Shown: piece by piece, positions 53,113-63,836 of the stretch | How the letters are laid out: every line of letters begins with the position of its first letter | Numbering within the stretch: position 1 is the first letter of the stretch | Source of the DNA: Bacillota bacterium | GTDB lineage: Bacteria > Bacillota > UBA994 | Direction: 5' to 3' | Assembly: GCA_018333655.1 (NCBI GenBank) | Contig: JAGXTJ010000055.1 | Span: 169,721 to 233,720 of the forward strand | Length of the DNA stretch: 64,000 bases | Notes under the pieces: generated by a model | What the model saw: the letters and a program-made list of their open reading frames with translations, nothing else | The model's database searches: none | Told to the model about the DNA's origin: nothing | Translations under genes and position numbers: made by a program

Positions 53113-54153
53113 TCAGTGTCGATTAGTCGTCTGGCGTATTTTATTGATAATGTCCGTGGCCTGCGCTGACTGCAGGAAAGCGAGAGTGGTTTCAGGCACG
53201 AGCTGGCCTAGTGCGGAAAAATCACCAGCTCGCAAGACCCCGCGAACGTGTGAAGCCGAAATCGCCATACCTGCCTTTTCCAAGCGTGGCACCTCAAGCA
53301 ACTGAATGTCATGCTGCGCAAGTATTTCTCGCAACGAATGATTGTAGATAGCTGTAACCGGAGAATAGGGCTCTGTACCGACATAACGCACCCTAACATT
53401 GAGTGCGCGCGCTATATGCGTAGCATAGAGTGTAGCGTCAACAGAGGCACCCGCGCGTGCATGGGCTGTTTCTTCTTCGCTGAAGTAACTCGGAAAGGTG
53501 GCCGCGGAGACAGCGTATGGCCCGGAGGGCAGTACGGTAACGTTCTTAAGATGCTGCGTTCCCTGCTTAACTAGTTCTAACCTTACGGCAAATGGGAAAA
53601 CTGACCTGTTCTCCTCTACGACGAGCACATAGACATGGTCGCACTGCTTCGCAGCTACTGCCACCAGATGTTGATGCCCCAGAGTAAACGGATTGCAGTT
53701 TACTACCAGCCCACCTACTTTACCGTCCTTGGTCGCTGGTACAGCAGAGGCGACAGACTCTAGTTGCGCGAGGTAATCCTCTAAGCACGGGAATCCACTT
53801 TCAAGCAGTGCCGCCCATTCAGTCTTTACTAGCATTCTGAAACCCATGCTGGCAAAGAAACTCGCCTGCTCGGGCATGGTAAAGATAAAGACCCTTGTGT
53901 GCCCTTGCCTAAGCGCAGCAAGCATTAAGTAATGAACAATTTTGGCCGATAAGCCCTCGCCCTGCATGGTGCTGTCGACTGCGATGCATTGCAGCACGTT
54001 GCCCTCGAGCGAGCCAGTCGCCACGATCTGTTGGTGTACTCGTATCTCTACGGTTAAGTCGCTAGCCCTATCATAGCGCAAACCGAACTGATCAAGAAAA
54101 ATCGCGACCGCTCGTAGGTCCTGGCTCTTAACAACCTCATAGGTAGTCCACAT
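53113..54153 (-). CDS. citC: [Citrate (pro-3S)-lyase] ligase
   Basis: GNAT-like N-terminal domain plus the cytidylyltransferase-type motif NCNPFTLGHQHLV. ATG at 54153, or GTG at 54165. Confidence 0.85.
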   Translation of the reverse strand: MWTTYEVVKSQDLRAVAIFLDQFGLRYDRASDLTVEIRVHQQIVATGSLEGNVLQCIAVDSTMQGEGLSAKIVHYLMLAALRQGHTRVFIFTMPEQASFFASMGFRMLVKTEWAALLESGFPCLEDYLAQLESVASAVPATKDGKVGGLVVNCNPFTLGHQHLVAVAAKQCDHVYVLVVEENRSVFPFAVRLELVKQGTQHLKNVTVLPSGPYAVSAATFPSYFSEEETAHARAGASVDATLYATHIARALNVRVRYVGTEPYSPVTAIYNHSLREILAQHDIQLLEVPRLEKAGMAISASHVRGVLRAGDFSALGQLVPETTLAFLQSAQATDIINKIRQTTNRH

Positions 54154-54161
54154 ACTTCTTC

Positions 54162-55067
54162 TCACCCCTTAAACTGACTAGGGCGTAGCAATAACTCTGG
54201 TGTGGGCAAGCCCTCGCCAAGAAGATGTAAGGCGAGTGACAAGGCCAGGAGATCAGCCGACCCGCCAGGGCTGAGTCGAGCCGCGCAGAAAGTGCTGTGG
54301 GCTGACAAAGTAAGTGCTCGGCCAAGCTCCGAGAAGACGCTCCCTGCGCCTAGTATCGCCCGGGCGGTGCTTTGCACAAGGGCCAAGCCTTCCTCTCCGG
54401 CGCGATGAAGAATAGTAGTATCAGGCAAACACGCCATGATATTAATCAGGGCATGGACGGCGGCATCGTTAAAACTTGCCCCTTGTCCTAACGCGTCTTG
54501 CAATGCGGGGTACCCCACCTGCTCTACGGTCGGGAACCCCGCCTCTGCTTCACCCCTTATGCCGGTGTAACCCCCTTCTCTATAGAGCCTTTCTCCGGCG
54601 GTGAGAGAGGGGCGTGCTGTCAGGTTTTCGAGCTCACGCTCGGTCAGCCCCTGACACGCCTGCCGAATAGTAGCAAAAAACTCTACCGAAGGAGCCTTGA
54701 TGCCCTTGGCTAGGCACACGCCGGTAATCCCGGCAGCAAGGCCGAGCACAAAGAGCTGCCCACGCTGCGTATTGACCCCAGATGTGGCCCGCAACAACTC
54801 GCGCTCGGCTTGCACGCCAATATTTCTGAGTTGGCCGAACACTTCCCCTAGACTCTGGCCTGTTTCTCGCCAGCCTACTTCTACGCAAGCGACGAAGTAA
54901 GGGGAAAGAATGCTACTCCCCAGAAGAAACGTCAAGAGACTCATGTCTGTGTGGGCGCCATTGTCGCGTGGGTTTACCAAGCCAGGCGAGGGATAGATAC
55001 AGACCTCAAACAGAGACGCTGCCGTAAAACAGGCACCGACACGATAGAGCTCAACTGGCGCAGTCAT
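54162..55067 (-). CDS. citG: Triphosphoribosyl-dephospho-CoA synthase
   Basis: Its position between citX and citC, and its length and sequence character (PGLVNPRDNGAHTDM..., SPGGSADLLA), fit CitG/MdcB. Confidence 0.8.
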   Translation of the reverse strand: MTAPVELYRVGACFTAASLFEVCIYPSPGLVNPRDNGAHTDMSLLTFLLGSSILSPYFVACVEVGWRETGQSLGEVFGQLRNIGVQAERELLRATSGVNTQRGQLFVLGLAAGITGVCLAKGIKAPSVEFFATIRQACQGLTERELENLTARPSLTAGERLYREGGYTGIRGEAEAGFPTVEQVGYPALQDALGQGASFNDAAVHALINIMACLPDTTILHRAGEEGLALVQSTARAILGAGSVFSELGRALTLSAHSTFCAARLSPGGSADLLALSLALHLLGEGLPTPELLLRPSQFKG

Positions 55068-55587
55068 TTATGCATGTCCCCCAGACCGCTATCTTCTTGG
55101 CAATGGCGATAACTTCATCTGCCGCGTGTGCGCGGAGAAGGCGGCAGACGTGGGCCTCCTCTTGCTCGCACACCCAACACATTCGCCCCTTAAGCCCTAA
55201 GCTGTGGCGATTTACCGCCCCTCTGCGAGTGATAACGTCTATATCCCACAAACGCCCCTGTGTTGCTGTTTCCTCTAGAGCTATGCAGTGCTGTTTCAGA
55301 GTGTGCCCGTCGGCTAAGACCGCCATGAGATGACATGGGCCGAGGGCATTAACTAGGTGCGACTCGCTAACTAGCTCTACCCCTAAGGTTGCCAGCATGG
55401 CATGCACCTCTGCCCGCGCCGCAGTAAGCAGTTTTTCCCACGGGTACAGGGTGAAGCCTCCCGGGAGATTAAGAGTTATCTGCACAACAGACACTCCGCT
55501 TGCCCCGAGTTTCAGCTGCTGCTGTACGTACCTCTCCTCTTTGGCAGCTAAAACATGCCATCTCGCCACGTTATCTTCGCTCTTCAC
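55051..55587 (-). CDS. citX: Apo-citrate lyase phosphoribosyl-dephospho-CoA transferase (holo-ACP synthase)
   Basis: 178 aa with ITLNLPG...RLWDIDV. The operon context with citG/citC fits CitX. Confidence 0.75.
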   Translation of the reverse strand: MKSEDNVARWHVLAAKEERYVQQQLKLGASGVSVVQITLNLPGGFTLYPWEKLLTAARAEVHAMLATLGVELVSESHLVNALGPCHLMAVLADGHTLKQHCIALEETATQGRLWDIDVITRRGAVNRHSLGLKGRMCWVCEQEEAHVCRLLRAHAADEVIAIAKKIAVWGTCINDCAS

Positions 55588-55609
55588 TTACACTGCCTCC
55601 ACTAAAAAC

Positions 55610-57112
55610 TTACGCCGTAACTTTCTTTTTGCGGTTAATTGCCCCGCTAACAACCGGCCAGAGCAAGATAACGGCACACACGATTAGCAGGGATGCCGTA
55701 ATTGGCTTTGAAAGAACCGCCAAGAGATCCCCGCCTTCAAGCAATATCGCTCGTCTAAGATTCGCTTCGGTAAGGCTGCCTAGCACGAGGCCTAGTACAA
55801 GGGCGGCCGAAGAGAACTTAAAGGCAGTAAGTGCCACACCAATAATGCCGGCGATCATCATAAGGACTACGTCTCCGGTACTACTCTTGAGCGCGAAGCT
55901 ACCCATCGCTGCAAACAGCACGATTAGCGGCCCGAGGATGCTATATGGCACATTAAGCACCTTGTTAAAGACTTTCGCAATCGCCATAGAACATATCACC
56001 ATCAGGATGTTAGTAACGATCATCGAGGCAAAAACGGAAGAGAGAAACTGTGGTTGTGTTCTGTGCAGTAGCGGTCCTAACTGCACACCCTGTAAGACTA
56101 GTGCAGACATCATAACCGCGGCAGCTGTACCACCAGGTATGCCGAGCGCTAGCAAAGGCACCATGGAACCCCCGGCTGCGGCATTGTTGGCTGTCTCAGA
56201 CGCGGCAATGCCTTCAATCGCGCCGTGGCCAAATTGCTTACGGTTTGGTGAAATCTTCGCCTCGGTCGTATAGCTGAGAAACGCAGCAATGGTCGCGCCT
56301 GCACCGGGCAAGATGCCGACCACAGTGCCCAAGATGGAGGCGCGGACAACGGTCCACCTAATTGACCATGCCTCTGATAGCGAAAGCAGGCTGGTCTTAA
56401 AGCTCGAGCCACCCTTCGATTCTGCGGTCACAAGCTTTACTGGCTTGCTGGTTTGCTTGAGTACTTCGGTAATGGCAAAGAGGCCTATCATGACCGGAAT
56501 CATCTCGATTCCACCCAAGAGCGAGGAACTGCCCCAGGTGAACCTAGGTATGCCCAGCAGGGGGTCCATGCCTACCGTGGCTAAAAGTGAGCCGATGAGG
56601 CCGGAGATAAGCGTCTTGATCACGTTGTCGCTGTCGAGCGCCGTGAGCACACTAAGCCCTAGCACCGAGACAGCAAACAACTCGGAAGGGCCAAATCTGA
56701 GCCCAAGATTGGCCAGTTGTGGTGCAAGTAGGAGCATGGCTAACGCCGAGACTATGCCACCAATTGCGGAACAGACTAGGGATACACCTAGCGCCTTACC
56801 CGCTTTGCCTTGTTGCGCCATGGGGTACCCGTCAAATGTGGTGGGGGCATTAGAGGGGGTGCCGGGAATTTTGAAGAGAATCGCAGTGATCCCTCCCCCG
56901 GTGATAGACGCGCAGTAGACGGCCACAAGAAAGGCAATTGCCACTACAGGCGACATGGCATAGGTAAAGGGCACAGCGAGAGCGACAGACATCGATGCGC
57001 TAACCCCAGGCATGGCACCGAACAAGACGCCAAGAATAGTTCCGGCAAGAATGAGCAGGAATGTTGCAGGAGCTAAGACAATCTGAAAACCAGATAGTAA
57101 TAAGTCAAACAT
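55610..57112 (-). CDS. tctA: Tripartite tricarboxylate transporter, large permease
   Basis: 500-aa polytopic protein with GAMPGVSASMSVALAVPFT and LPGAGATIAAFLSY motifs. Confidence 0.85.
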   Translation of the reverse strand: MFDLLLSGFQIVLAPATFLLILAGTILGVLFGAMPGVSASMSVALAVPFTYAMSPVVAIAFLVAVYCASITGGGITAILFKIPGTPSNAPTTFDGYPMAQQGKAGKALGVSLVCSAIGGIVSALAMLLLAPQLANLGLRFGPSELFAVSVLGLSVLTALDSDNVIKTLISGLIGSLLATVGMDPLLGIPRFTWGSSSLLGGIEMIPVMIGLFAITEVLKQTSKPVKLVTAESKGGSSFKTSLLSLSEAWSIRWTVVRASILGTVVGILPGAGATIAAFLSYTTEAKISPNRKQFGHGAIEGIAASETANNAAAGGSMVPLLALGIPGGTAAAVMMSALVLQGVQLGPLLHRTQPQFLSSVFASMIVTNILMVICSMAIAKVFNKVLNVPYSILGPLIVLFAAMGSFALKSSTGDVVLMMIAGIIGVALTAFKFSSAALVLGLVLGSLTEANLRRAILLEGGDLLAVLSKPITASLLIVCAVILLWPVVSGAINRKKKVTA

Positions 57113-57127
57113 GGTGCGTGCTCCTCC

Positions 57128-57631
57128 TTACAAACGTTCGAGAATCAAGGCAAAATCGCGCAATATGCCGATGCCCCGCGGCAACATAACGCCCAAGCCG
57201 CGCGAGAACACAAAGTAAACTGATAGCGTGGCCACAAGGGAGCTCAAAACAAGTGACCTCACCTGTCGTTGACCGACTATTCTCGCATACCCAGCAAAGA
57301 ACACAAAGGTGCTGAGGATGAAGCCGAGCGTTTGCAGACAGATTGCATAAACAAGGAGTGCTACCATACTGAGGACAAGTTTGTTCGCCAAGATAGAGTG
57401 CACGCTAATATGTCGCGGCTCTACATCGCTACGCAGAGCGACAGGTGTCCCGCGGTAAATCTTGTACATGTTAGCCCCCAGTAAGATGATAAGAGCAACC
57501 AAGATGGCCTGTGGCCAAACCTCGGCACCCCACCCAACCGCAGTGGTTTTTGGAACAATGGCTCCAATATAAAAGTAGCAGTACGTAAAGAAGGCTAGGA
57601 GAGCCCCGTTAAACAGCAATTCTAAGCCCAA
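57128..57631 (-). CDS. tctB: Tripartite tricarboxylate transporter, small permease
   Basis: 167-aa protein with four predicted TM segments, located between tctC and tctA. Confidence 0.75.
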   Translation of the reverse strand: MGLELLFNGALLAFFTYCYFYIGAIVPKTTAVGWGAEVWPQAILVALIILLGANMYKIYRGTPVALRSDVEPRHISVHSILANKLVLSMVALLVYAICLQTLGFILSTFVFFAGYARIVGQRQVRSLVLSSLVATLSVYFVFSRGLGVMLPRGIGILRDFALILERL

Positions 57632-57717
57632 ATGAGTTCAACTCCTTCCCTGATGGACACCCATGTCTGATAAATGGGGGGCAGACGATGCTGCCCCCTA
57701 AGAGATCTATAAGCGCA

Positions 57718-58710
57718 CTACTTAGACTGCTCATATAGGGCTTTGAGAGTGGTGCTTTGCTCTGCCCATATAACTCCGAGATCGGCCGAATTGGCAAAAG
57801 CCGGTCGCTGATCAAGTGCGTTAGCCTTCATCCAGGCCTGGAATTCAGCACTAGCATGCGCCGTTACGGCAGCGGCTTCAAATGCCTTAATTGCGGCTTC
57901 TGGCGTACCCTTCTTAGCAAAAATACCTCTCATCGGGCCAAGGTAAGATGCTATACCCTTTTCGCCTGTAGCCGGCACGTCGGGGAGCATGGAGATGCGC
58001 TTTTCTGCGGCCACGATAATAGCCTGCATATCGCCCGCCTCTAGCAAACCCTTTACCTCAGACGGTCCGACAACCGCAAGGTGAACATGCCCGCCTAAAA
58101 TAGCGGCGTTTAGCTCGGCGCCAGTGCTAAAAGGCACTAAGGGAACATCGACGCCCGCCTGCTGAAAGGTCTGCCTAATCATAAAAGCGTCTAGGCCCGT
58201 AACCGTTAGTACGCCCGCCTTAACTACGCCAGGATTAGCTCTAACATAAGCGAGCAACTCGTCAAAGCTCTTAAACGGCGCTTTGGCTGAGGCCACGAGA
58301 ATATTAGTGTCGTGCACCAGTCTTACCACGGGAACAAAGGCCTCGATGGGATTCACCGTCGTATGTCCTTGAAAATACGCCAAAAGGTGCGATTGAGTGC
58401 TCAGCATAAAGGTGTATCCGTCGGCTGGCTGACGATAGGCATGCTCAAACCCGAGCACTCCGCCGCCACCAGATACATTGTTAACGACGACGGCTACGCC
58501 TAGTGCTTTCTCTAGCGCGGGAGCAAACGCTCGCACGGTGGTATCGGCGCCGCCGCCGGTACCCCAGGGCACAACAATCTCCACACTGCGAGCGAACTTG
58601 AATCCTTCTTCTTGGGTTTGCCGAGGGGCACAGCCTGCTAAGACAAGCGTCAGGGATACCAGTGCTACAGAGAGAACGAGTGTAACTAGCCTAATTAACC
58701 TTTTGTTCAT
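57718..58710 (-). CDS. tctC: Tripartite tricarboxylate transporter substrate-binding protein (Bug family lipoprotein)
   Basis: Lipobox LAGC, then VVPWGTGGGADT...NVSGGGG, typical of TctC/Bug. Confidence 0.85.
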   Translation of the reverse strand: MNKRLIRLVTLVLSVALVSLTLVLAGCAPRQTQEEGFKFARSVEIVVPWGTGGGADTTVRAFAPALEKALGVAVVVNNVSGGGGVLGFEHAYRQPADGYTFMLSTQSHLLAYFQGHTTVNPIEAFVPVVRLVHDTNILVASAKAPFKSFDELLAYVRANPGVVKAGVLTVTGLDAFMIRQTFQQAGVDVPLVPFSTGAELNAAILGGHVHLAVVGPSEVKGLLEAGDMQAIIVAAEKRISMLPDVPATGEKGIASYLGPMRGIFAKKGTPEAAIKAFEAAAVTAHASAEFQAWMKANALDQRPAFANSADLGVIWAEQSTTLKALYEQSK

Positions 58711-58805
58711 CGCTTATTCCTCCTTCTTTTTATCCCAGAGTGCTGTTTTACTTTCTCACACGACGAGCTGGGTGAGGTAATTCTGACACTCCATAGACAC
58801 ATGTC

Positions 58806-61100
58806 CTACTTACTACGATAGTGATTAATCAGGCTCCCCGCGAGGAGAATCTGCCGCTCATTGGCGGCTAGCTCTCCTAAAGCGAGCCTAATCTCTTGCA
58901 CATCCCCCCCGACAACATATGCTGTCATCTCATTCCGATGTGTTTCTATGGCCTGCCTGATATTAGGCACAAAGATATAGCTAGAGCATATTAATGCAGG
59001 CGCATCGTCTAAAACAAAAGGCAGTATCCCCCAGTTAATCAGGTTAGCACGATACCTACGTGTAGCGTACTCGCAGGCAATATTGGCAGAGCCCCCTAGC
59101 ACGCGCTGTGACGAGGCCGCCTGTTCGCGCGCCGAGCCGTCGCCGATTTTTCTGGCGACGATGGTGCTGCCGAGCCCCACGGTCTTAGCATGCCAGGAGC
59201 CAATACCGACGATGCTACGCAGCTTAGCGAACACGGCGCTTAACTCCGAAGAATGTGCGCACGGGTCGAGCCCACTCTGCCGGATTCTCTCGAGCGCATG
59301 CACCTCCTTCGCTCGACCGACATACATAGGGTCCTTGCGAGAGAGGGTAAACTCTGCCAAACGCAAGGGATTGGAGCGAAACGACGATATTTCACCCGAG
59401 GGAATAAGGTCATCTGTAGTAATAACTTGGTCTGGCAAGACCGTAATGACTTTTAGCAACAAGTGCTCTGTCAACTCGGGTATCGGCGGCCAGTCAGTGA
59501 TACTAGGCGCCATTCTTAGTTCCTCTTGAGGCACGGGCTTACCGAAGCCTTTATAAACTCGCTTTTCATAAACGTCGGGCGAAAAGCGGTAATCCGGGCG
59601 GCTGTACTCGAGCTCAAGTTCCGTCGCCGCCGTCAAACTGCCGCCATTGACCGCCGTCGCGGCGATGGACCGAGAATCCATCAGCGCGACATAGGCAATT
59701 TGCCCCTCACTGGGTATGGACCCTTCACGATGGATGAAGTTTCGCGTTGTGTGACGAATGGAGAAGCTGTGACTCGCGGGCACGTCGCCCGCACCAAAGC
59801 AGGGTCCGCAGAAGGCGGTACGCAGAACAACACCAGCATTAAGTAGTTTCTCTGCGATGCCACTCTTCACCAAGCTGATGTACATGGGCTGACTAGAGGG
59901 GTAGACGCAGAGAGAAAAGGAGCCCCTCCCCGTTGTCTGACCCTCTAGGATGTCCGCCACAGCGGAAATATTCTCGTATGTGCCGCCAGCACAGCCGGCG
60001 ACAATGGCTTGGTCTACATGAAAGCGACCCTCTCTCACATGGCGGGAAAACCCTAGTTGCCCTCGGCCACTGCCAAAGAGCGTCGTCGCTTCTTGAGCGA
60101 GCTTGTGCAAAATATCTTCTGTGTTGGCCTTAAAATCTGCTATGGTAAAGGTGTTGCTAGGGTGAAACGGCAGGGCAATCATCGGCCTAATGGCGGCTAG
60201 GTCAACATGGATTAGACCATCGTAGTAGGCAATCCTAGCTGGGGCTAGGTATTTGTGAGCATCCGCTCTGCCATGCGCGAAGAGATATTGCTTAACCTTT
60301 TCATCTGTACACCAGACCGACGATAGACTGGTGGCCTCCGTAGTCATAACATCTATGCCGTGGCGAAACTCCACCGAGAGCCCTGCGATGCCATCGCCCA
60401 CAAACTCCATGATTTTATCTTTTACGTAGCCATTCTTAAAAACTGCTCCGATGATGGCTAAGGCTACGTCCTGCGGGCCTACTCCTTGTTCGACCTTGCC
60501 ACTAAGATACACCGCTACAACTTCGGGACGTTCAATGTCGTATGTCTTGCCGATAATCTGCTTGACTAACTCTCCCCCGCCTTCGCCGATACCTAGGGTA
60601 CCTAGCGCGCCATAGCGTGTATGGCTGTCAGAACCGAGTATCATCATTCCTCCCCCGGCCACCACTTCGCGCATGTACTGATGAATGACAGCTAGATGTG
60701 GGGGCACGTAGATGCCGCCGTACTTCTTGGCAGCAGAGAGGGCAAAGTCATGGTCGTCCTCGTTTATGGTGCCGCCTACAGCAGAGAGACTGTTATGGCA
60801 ATTGGTCAAAATGTAAGGTACGGCAAACTTCTCTAAGCCGACAGCTCGCGCTGCCTGGATGATGCTGACATGCGTAATATCATGGGAAGCCAAGGCGTCG
60901 AAGCAGAGGCTGAGCCGATCGCCGTCAGAAGATTGAGCATGGCTTTCTAATATTTGGTGAGCAATTGTACCCTGCCTGGCAGCGTCTTTCGCCACTTGCC
61001 TACCAACTCGCTGCAGCAGCCTCTCCTGCGCCTGATCTTTATCGGGTATGACTTCTGTGCCGTCGATCAGGTAGACACCCGTATCATAGAGTTTAATCAC
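58806..61100 (-). CDS. Aconitase-family hydratase
   Basis: Motifs GSDSHTRYGALGTLGIGEGGGE, VAGCAGGTY and FCGPCFGAGD, which are aconitase Fe-S ligand and active-site motifs. Confidence 0.8.
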   Translation of the reverse strand: MIKLYDTGVYLIDGTEVIPDKDQAQERLLQRVGRQVAKDAARQGTIAHQILESHAQSSDGDRLSLCFDALASHDITHVSIIQAARAVGLEKFAVPYILTNCHNSLSAVGGTINEDDHDFALSAAKKYGGIYVPPHLAVIHQYMREVVAGGGMMILGSDSHTRYGALGTLGIGEGGGELVKQIIGKTYDIERPEVVAVYLSGKVEQGVGPQDVALAIIGAVFKNGYVKDKIMEFVGDGIAGLSVEFRHGIDVMTTEATSLSSVWCTDEKVKQYLFAHGRADAHKYLAPARIAYYDGLIHVDLAAIRPMIALPFHPSNTFTIADFKANTEDILHKLAQEATTLFGSGRGQLGFSRHVREGRFHVDQAIVAGCAGGTYENISAVADILEGQTTGRGSFSLCVYPSSQPMYISLVKSGIAEKLLNAGVVLRTAFCGPCFGAGDVPASHSFSIRHTTRNFIHREGSIPSEGQIAYVALMDSRSIAATAVNGGSLTAATELELEYSRPDYRFSPDVYEKRVYKGFGKPVPQEELRMAPSITDWPPIPELTEHLLLKVITVLPDQVITTDDLIPSGEISSFRSNPLRLAEFTLSRKDPMYVGRAKEVHALERIRQSGLDPCAHSSELSAVFAKLRSIVGIGSWHAKTVGLGSTIVARKIGDGSAREQAASSQRVLGGSANIACEYATRRYRANLINWGILPFVLDDAPALICSSYIFVPNIRQAIETHRNEMTAYVVGGDVQEIRLALGELAANERQILLAGSLINHYRSK

Positions 61101-61124
61101 GGCCTATCCTCCCAGTGTGCCTTA

Positions 61125-62675
61125 TCAGATTACTCTCCTTACGACATCGATAAGTGTTCCGTCCCGGTACTCCACCAGCGCTACTATGTCCTCGCTTTGA
61201 GGTAGCGGTTCAGGTCGCCCTGTAAGCTTTTCGGCTCGCCACTGCAGTTCTTCTATGGTCACTGTCTCGATGCCAGCCTGCTTAAGTCGCTCAGCGAGCG
61301 CCTTCTGCAACGGATTAACCGCAATGCCGCGTTCAGTGACAAGGACGTCGATGCATTCCCCCGGCGTAATAACGGTGTGCACCTTGTCTACCACAATTGG
61401 GAAGCGTCCGCGGATGAGAGGCGCAGTAACTAACCGCAGTTTTGTCCCCGCTGCGGTATCTGAATGCCCTCCCGAAGCCCCCATCATTATCCCGTCTGAG
61501 CCCGTGAGTACATTCACGTTGTACGCCGTGTCAATCTCTGTCGCCCCAAGCATCATAATGTCTGTTATATGTGCGGTACAAGCTTTGGAATGAGGATTAG
61601 CATAGAAGGATGCCGACATTTCGACATGGCGGGGATGCGTGCGCAGGCTTTCTACCGCGGCGAGATCAAAGCATTGCGTATCAAGGATGGCTGAGAAATA
61701 CCCTTCATGCAGCATTTCGCAAACATACCCGGTGCTACCACCAGTGCAAAATCCCCCTCTAAGGCCAGTCTCCGCCATGCGCTCTTTGAGGAATTTGGCC
61801 ACTGCAAGCGAGGCGCCGCCGGTTCCGGCCTGAAAAGAAAATCCTTCATTAAAATACCCTGAAGCCTCGATTACCCGTGTCGCCTGAGCGGCTATAAACA
61901 GCTCTAGCGGATCGCGGGTGAGGCGCGTCGCGCCGGTCATAATGCCCGCTGGGTCGCCAATTTTATCAACCCGAACTACGTAGTCCACTTGGGTTTGCGG
62001 TATACTGATCGGAATGGCGGGATAGGGCACTAAATTGTCGGTCACAGCCACCACGCAGTTCGCGTATTGAGCGTCTACCATGGCGTATCCTAGTGAGCCA
62101 AAGGCGGTACTGCCATGTACGCCATTCATGTTTCCGTACACATCAGCGGCCGAGGCCCCCAAAAAGGCCACATCAATTCTCAGCTCTCCAGACTCGATAG
62201 CGCGAGCGCGTCCACCATGCGAGCGAATAACCACGGGAGATTTTAATGGCAACTCGCGCGTCAGCACTTCAGCCAGCTCTCCCCTGAGACCACTGGTCGT
62301 TATGGCCGAGATTACGCCACTTCTAATGTGAGGAAGCAAAGCACTGTGCACACTCTGCAGTGAACTTGGCGCTAGCGTTATATCTCTAATACCTAAGGAA
62401 GCGATTTCGTTTACAACCATGTTTACAAGCATGTCGCCATTACGAAAGCTATGATGGAATGAAATGGTCATACCACTCTTTAGTCCGCTGGCCAGGATGC
62501 TCTCTCTTATCGATGGCAGCAGCTTATTGCCAGTGGAGGGACTCCTCCGAATGGGAGTCGCATGGTGATTACCCGTAGGTGTGGTGGCAAAAACACCCGC
62601 ATAGGGCTTAAAGTTGCCTAGGTTCTGCACAAACAAAGGGACGGAGCGACCGATGGCATTAGTTGTCATTATCAT
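61125..62675 (-). CDS. citF: Citrate lyase alpha subunit (citrate CoA-transferase)
   Basis: 516 aa, with length and sequence typical of CitF. Overlaps the citE stop. Confidence 0.85.
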   Translation of the reverse strand: MIMTTNAIGRSVPLFVQNLGNFKPYAGVFATTPTGNHHATPIRRSPSTGNKLLPSIRESILASGLKSGMTISFHHSFRNGDMLVNMVVNEIASLGIRDITLAPSSLQSVHSALLPHIRSGVISAITTSGLRGELAEVLTRELPLKSPVVIRSHGGRARAIESGELRIDVAFLGASAADVYGNMNGVHGSTAFGSLGYAMVDAQYANCVVAVTDNLVPYPAIPISIPQTQVDYVVRVDKIGDPAGIMTGATRLTRDPLELFIAAQATRVIEASGYFNEGFSFQAGTGGASLAVAKFLKERMAETGLRGGFCTGGSTGYVCEMLHEGYFSAILDTQCFDLAAVESLRTHPRHVEMSASFYANPHSKACTAHITDIMMLGATEIDTAYNVNVLTGSDGIMMGASGGHSDTAAGTKLRLVTAPLIRGRFPIVVDKVHTVITPGECIDVLVTERGIAVNPLQKALAERLKQAGIETVTIEELQWRAEKLTGRPEPLPQSEDIVALVEYRDGTLIDVVRRVI

Positions 62676-63571
62676 ACCTGCACCCCCCGCCCGCTCCCCG
62701 CCGCACGGGCTATGTCTACTATGCGCTGGGCCTTAGCCACAATTGGGCCATCGACCATTCTACCGTCAACAGAGATTACCCCTGTTCCCTTCTGCAGTGC
62801 ATCCGCGTAGGCGGCTAGCACCCGTTCCGCCTTGTATACTTCATCTGACGTCGGTCGATAGACATCATGTACTATCGCGACTTGGCGAGGATGCACGCAG
62901 CTCTTGCCTGCGAAGCCAAGCTGCTTGGCCGCTTTAACATCTGCCCTAAACCCCGGCTCGTCATCAATGTTGCTGTAAACGGTGTCGATGGGGTCGATAC
63001 CCGCTGCTCGTGCCGCTAAAACCACCGCCGAACGAGCAAAGAGAAGCTCTTGCCCTTGTGCTGTTCGCTCTGACTGAATACTATGTGTGAAATCCTCAGC
63101 ACCAAAGGAGATGGCGATGAGCCGCGGTGAGGAGACAGCTATTTTTGCTGCGTTAGTGACACCCCTAGCCGTCTCGATGGAAGCCATGAGCTTGACAGAG
63201 CCACTAGGCAGACCTGCTTCACGCTCACAGTGGTCGATAAACTGATCCGTATAGATGATGTCTTCGGGCGATTCCACCATAGCCAGGCGTAAGACGTGAG
63301 GCCTAGCAGGTACGAGTGCGCGGATATCATCGGCAAAAAACGGGGTATGCCGCCCGTTTATGCGCACACATAACTCGCAATTCCCAAAGTCAAGCGTCTG
63401 CAGGGCGCGGACGACCAGTTCTCTGGCGGCATCCTTTTGATCAACCGCCACGGCATCTTCTAAATCTAGAATAATACTATCGGGAGAGAATACAGCAGCG
63501 TCAATGATAAGGGCAGGATTATTGCCAGGCACAAAAAGCATGCTACGGCGCAGACGCTTACTCATCAACAC
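62672..63571 (-). CDS. citE: Citrate lyase beta subunit (citryl-CoA lyase)
   Basis: RRSMLFVPGNNP...LDLEDAV HpcH/CitE N-terminal signature. Confidence 0.85.
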   Translation of the reverse strand: MLMSKRLRRSMLFVPGNNPALIIDAAVFSPDSIILDLEDAVAVDQKDAARELVVRALQTLDFGNCELCVRINGRHTPFFADDIRALVPARPHVLRLAMVESPEDIIYTDQFIDHCEREAGLPSGSVKLMASIETARGVTNAAKIAVSSPRLIAISFGAEDFTHSIQSERTAQGQELLFARSAVVLAARAAGIDPIDTVYSNIDDEPGFRADVKAAKQLGFAGKSCVHPRQVAIVHDVYRPTSDEVYKAERVLAAYADALQKGTGVISVDGRMVDGPIVAKAQRIVDIARAAGSGRGVQV

Positions 63572-63836
63572 TTGCCTCCATAGATCGCTTTATCGCTGTT
63601 GTTACCCTAGCTCGTAACACAAAATCAAGCGCACCGCTATCCATCACTTCAATGGTAGCAGACATAATGCCGAGCTCTGTGGCAATTTCGCGCACACTAG
63701 ACTGCATAGAAGCAAGGAATCGCGGGGCAACTTTGCTCTTTATCCGGATAGTCAAGGCCTCGTCTTGCGCCAAGGCCACATGCACGAGGGCATCACCAGA
63801 CTCAAGGCTGCCGGCTTGTGCATAGCGTCGTATCAT
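63558..63836 (-). CDS. citD: Citrate lyase acyl carrier protein (gamma subunit)
   Basis: AQAGSLESGDALV contains the prosthetic-group Ser context of CitD. ATG at 63836 preferred, with an AAGGAG SD. The tracked ORF extends to 63872. Confidence 0.8.
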   Translation of the reverse strand: MIRRYAQAGSLESGDALVHVALAQDEALTIRIKSKVAPRFLASMQSSVREIATELGIMSATIEVMDSGALDFVLRARVTTAIKRSMEASVDE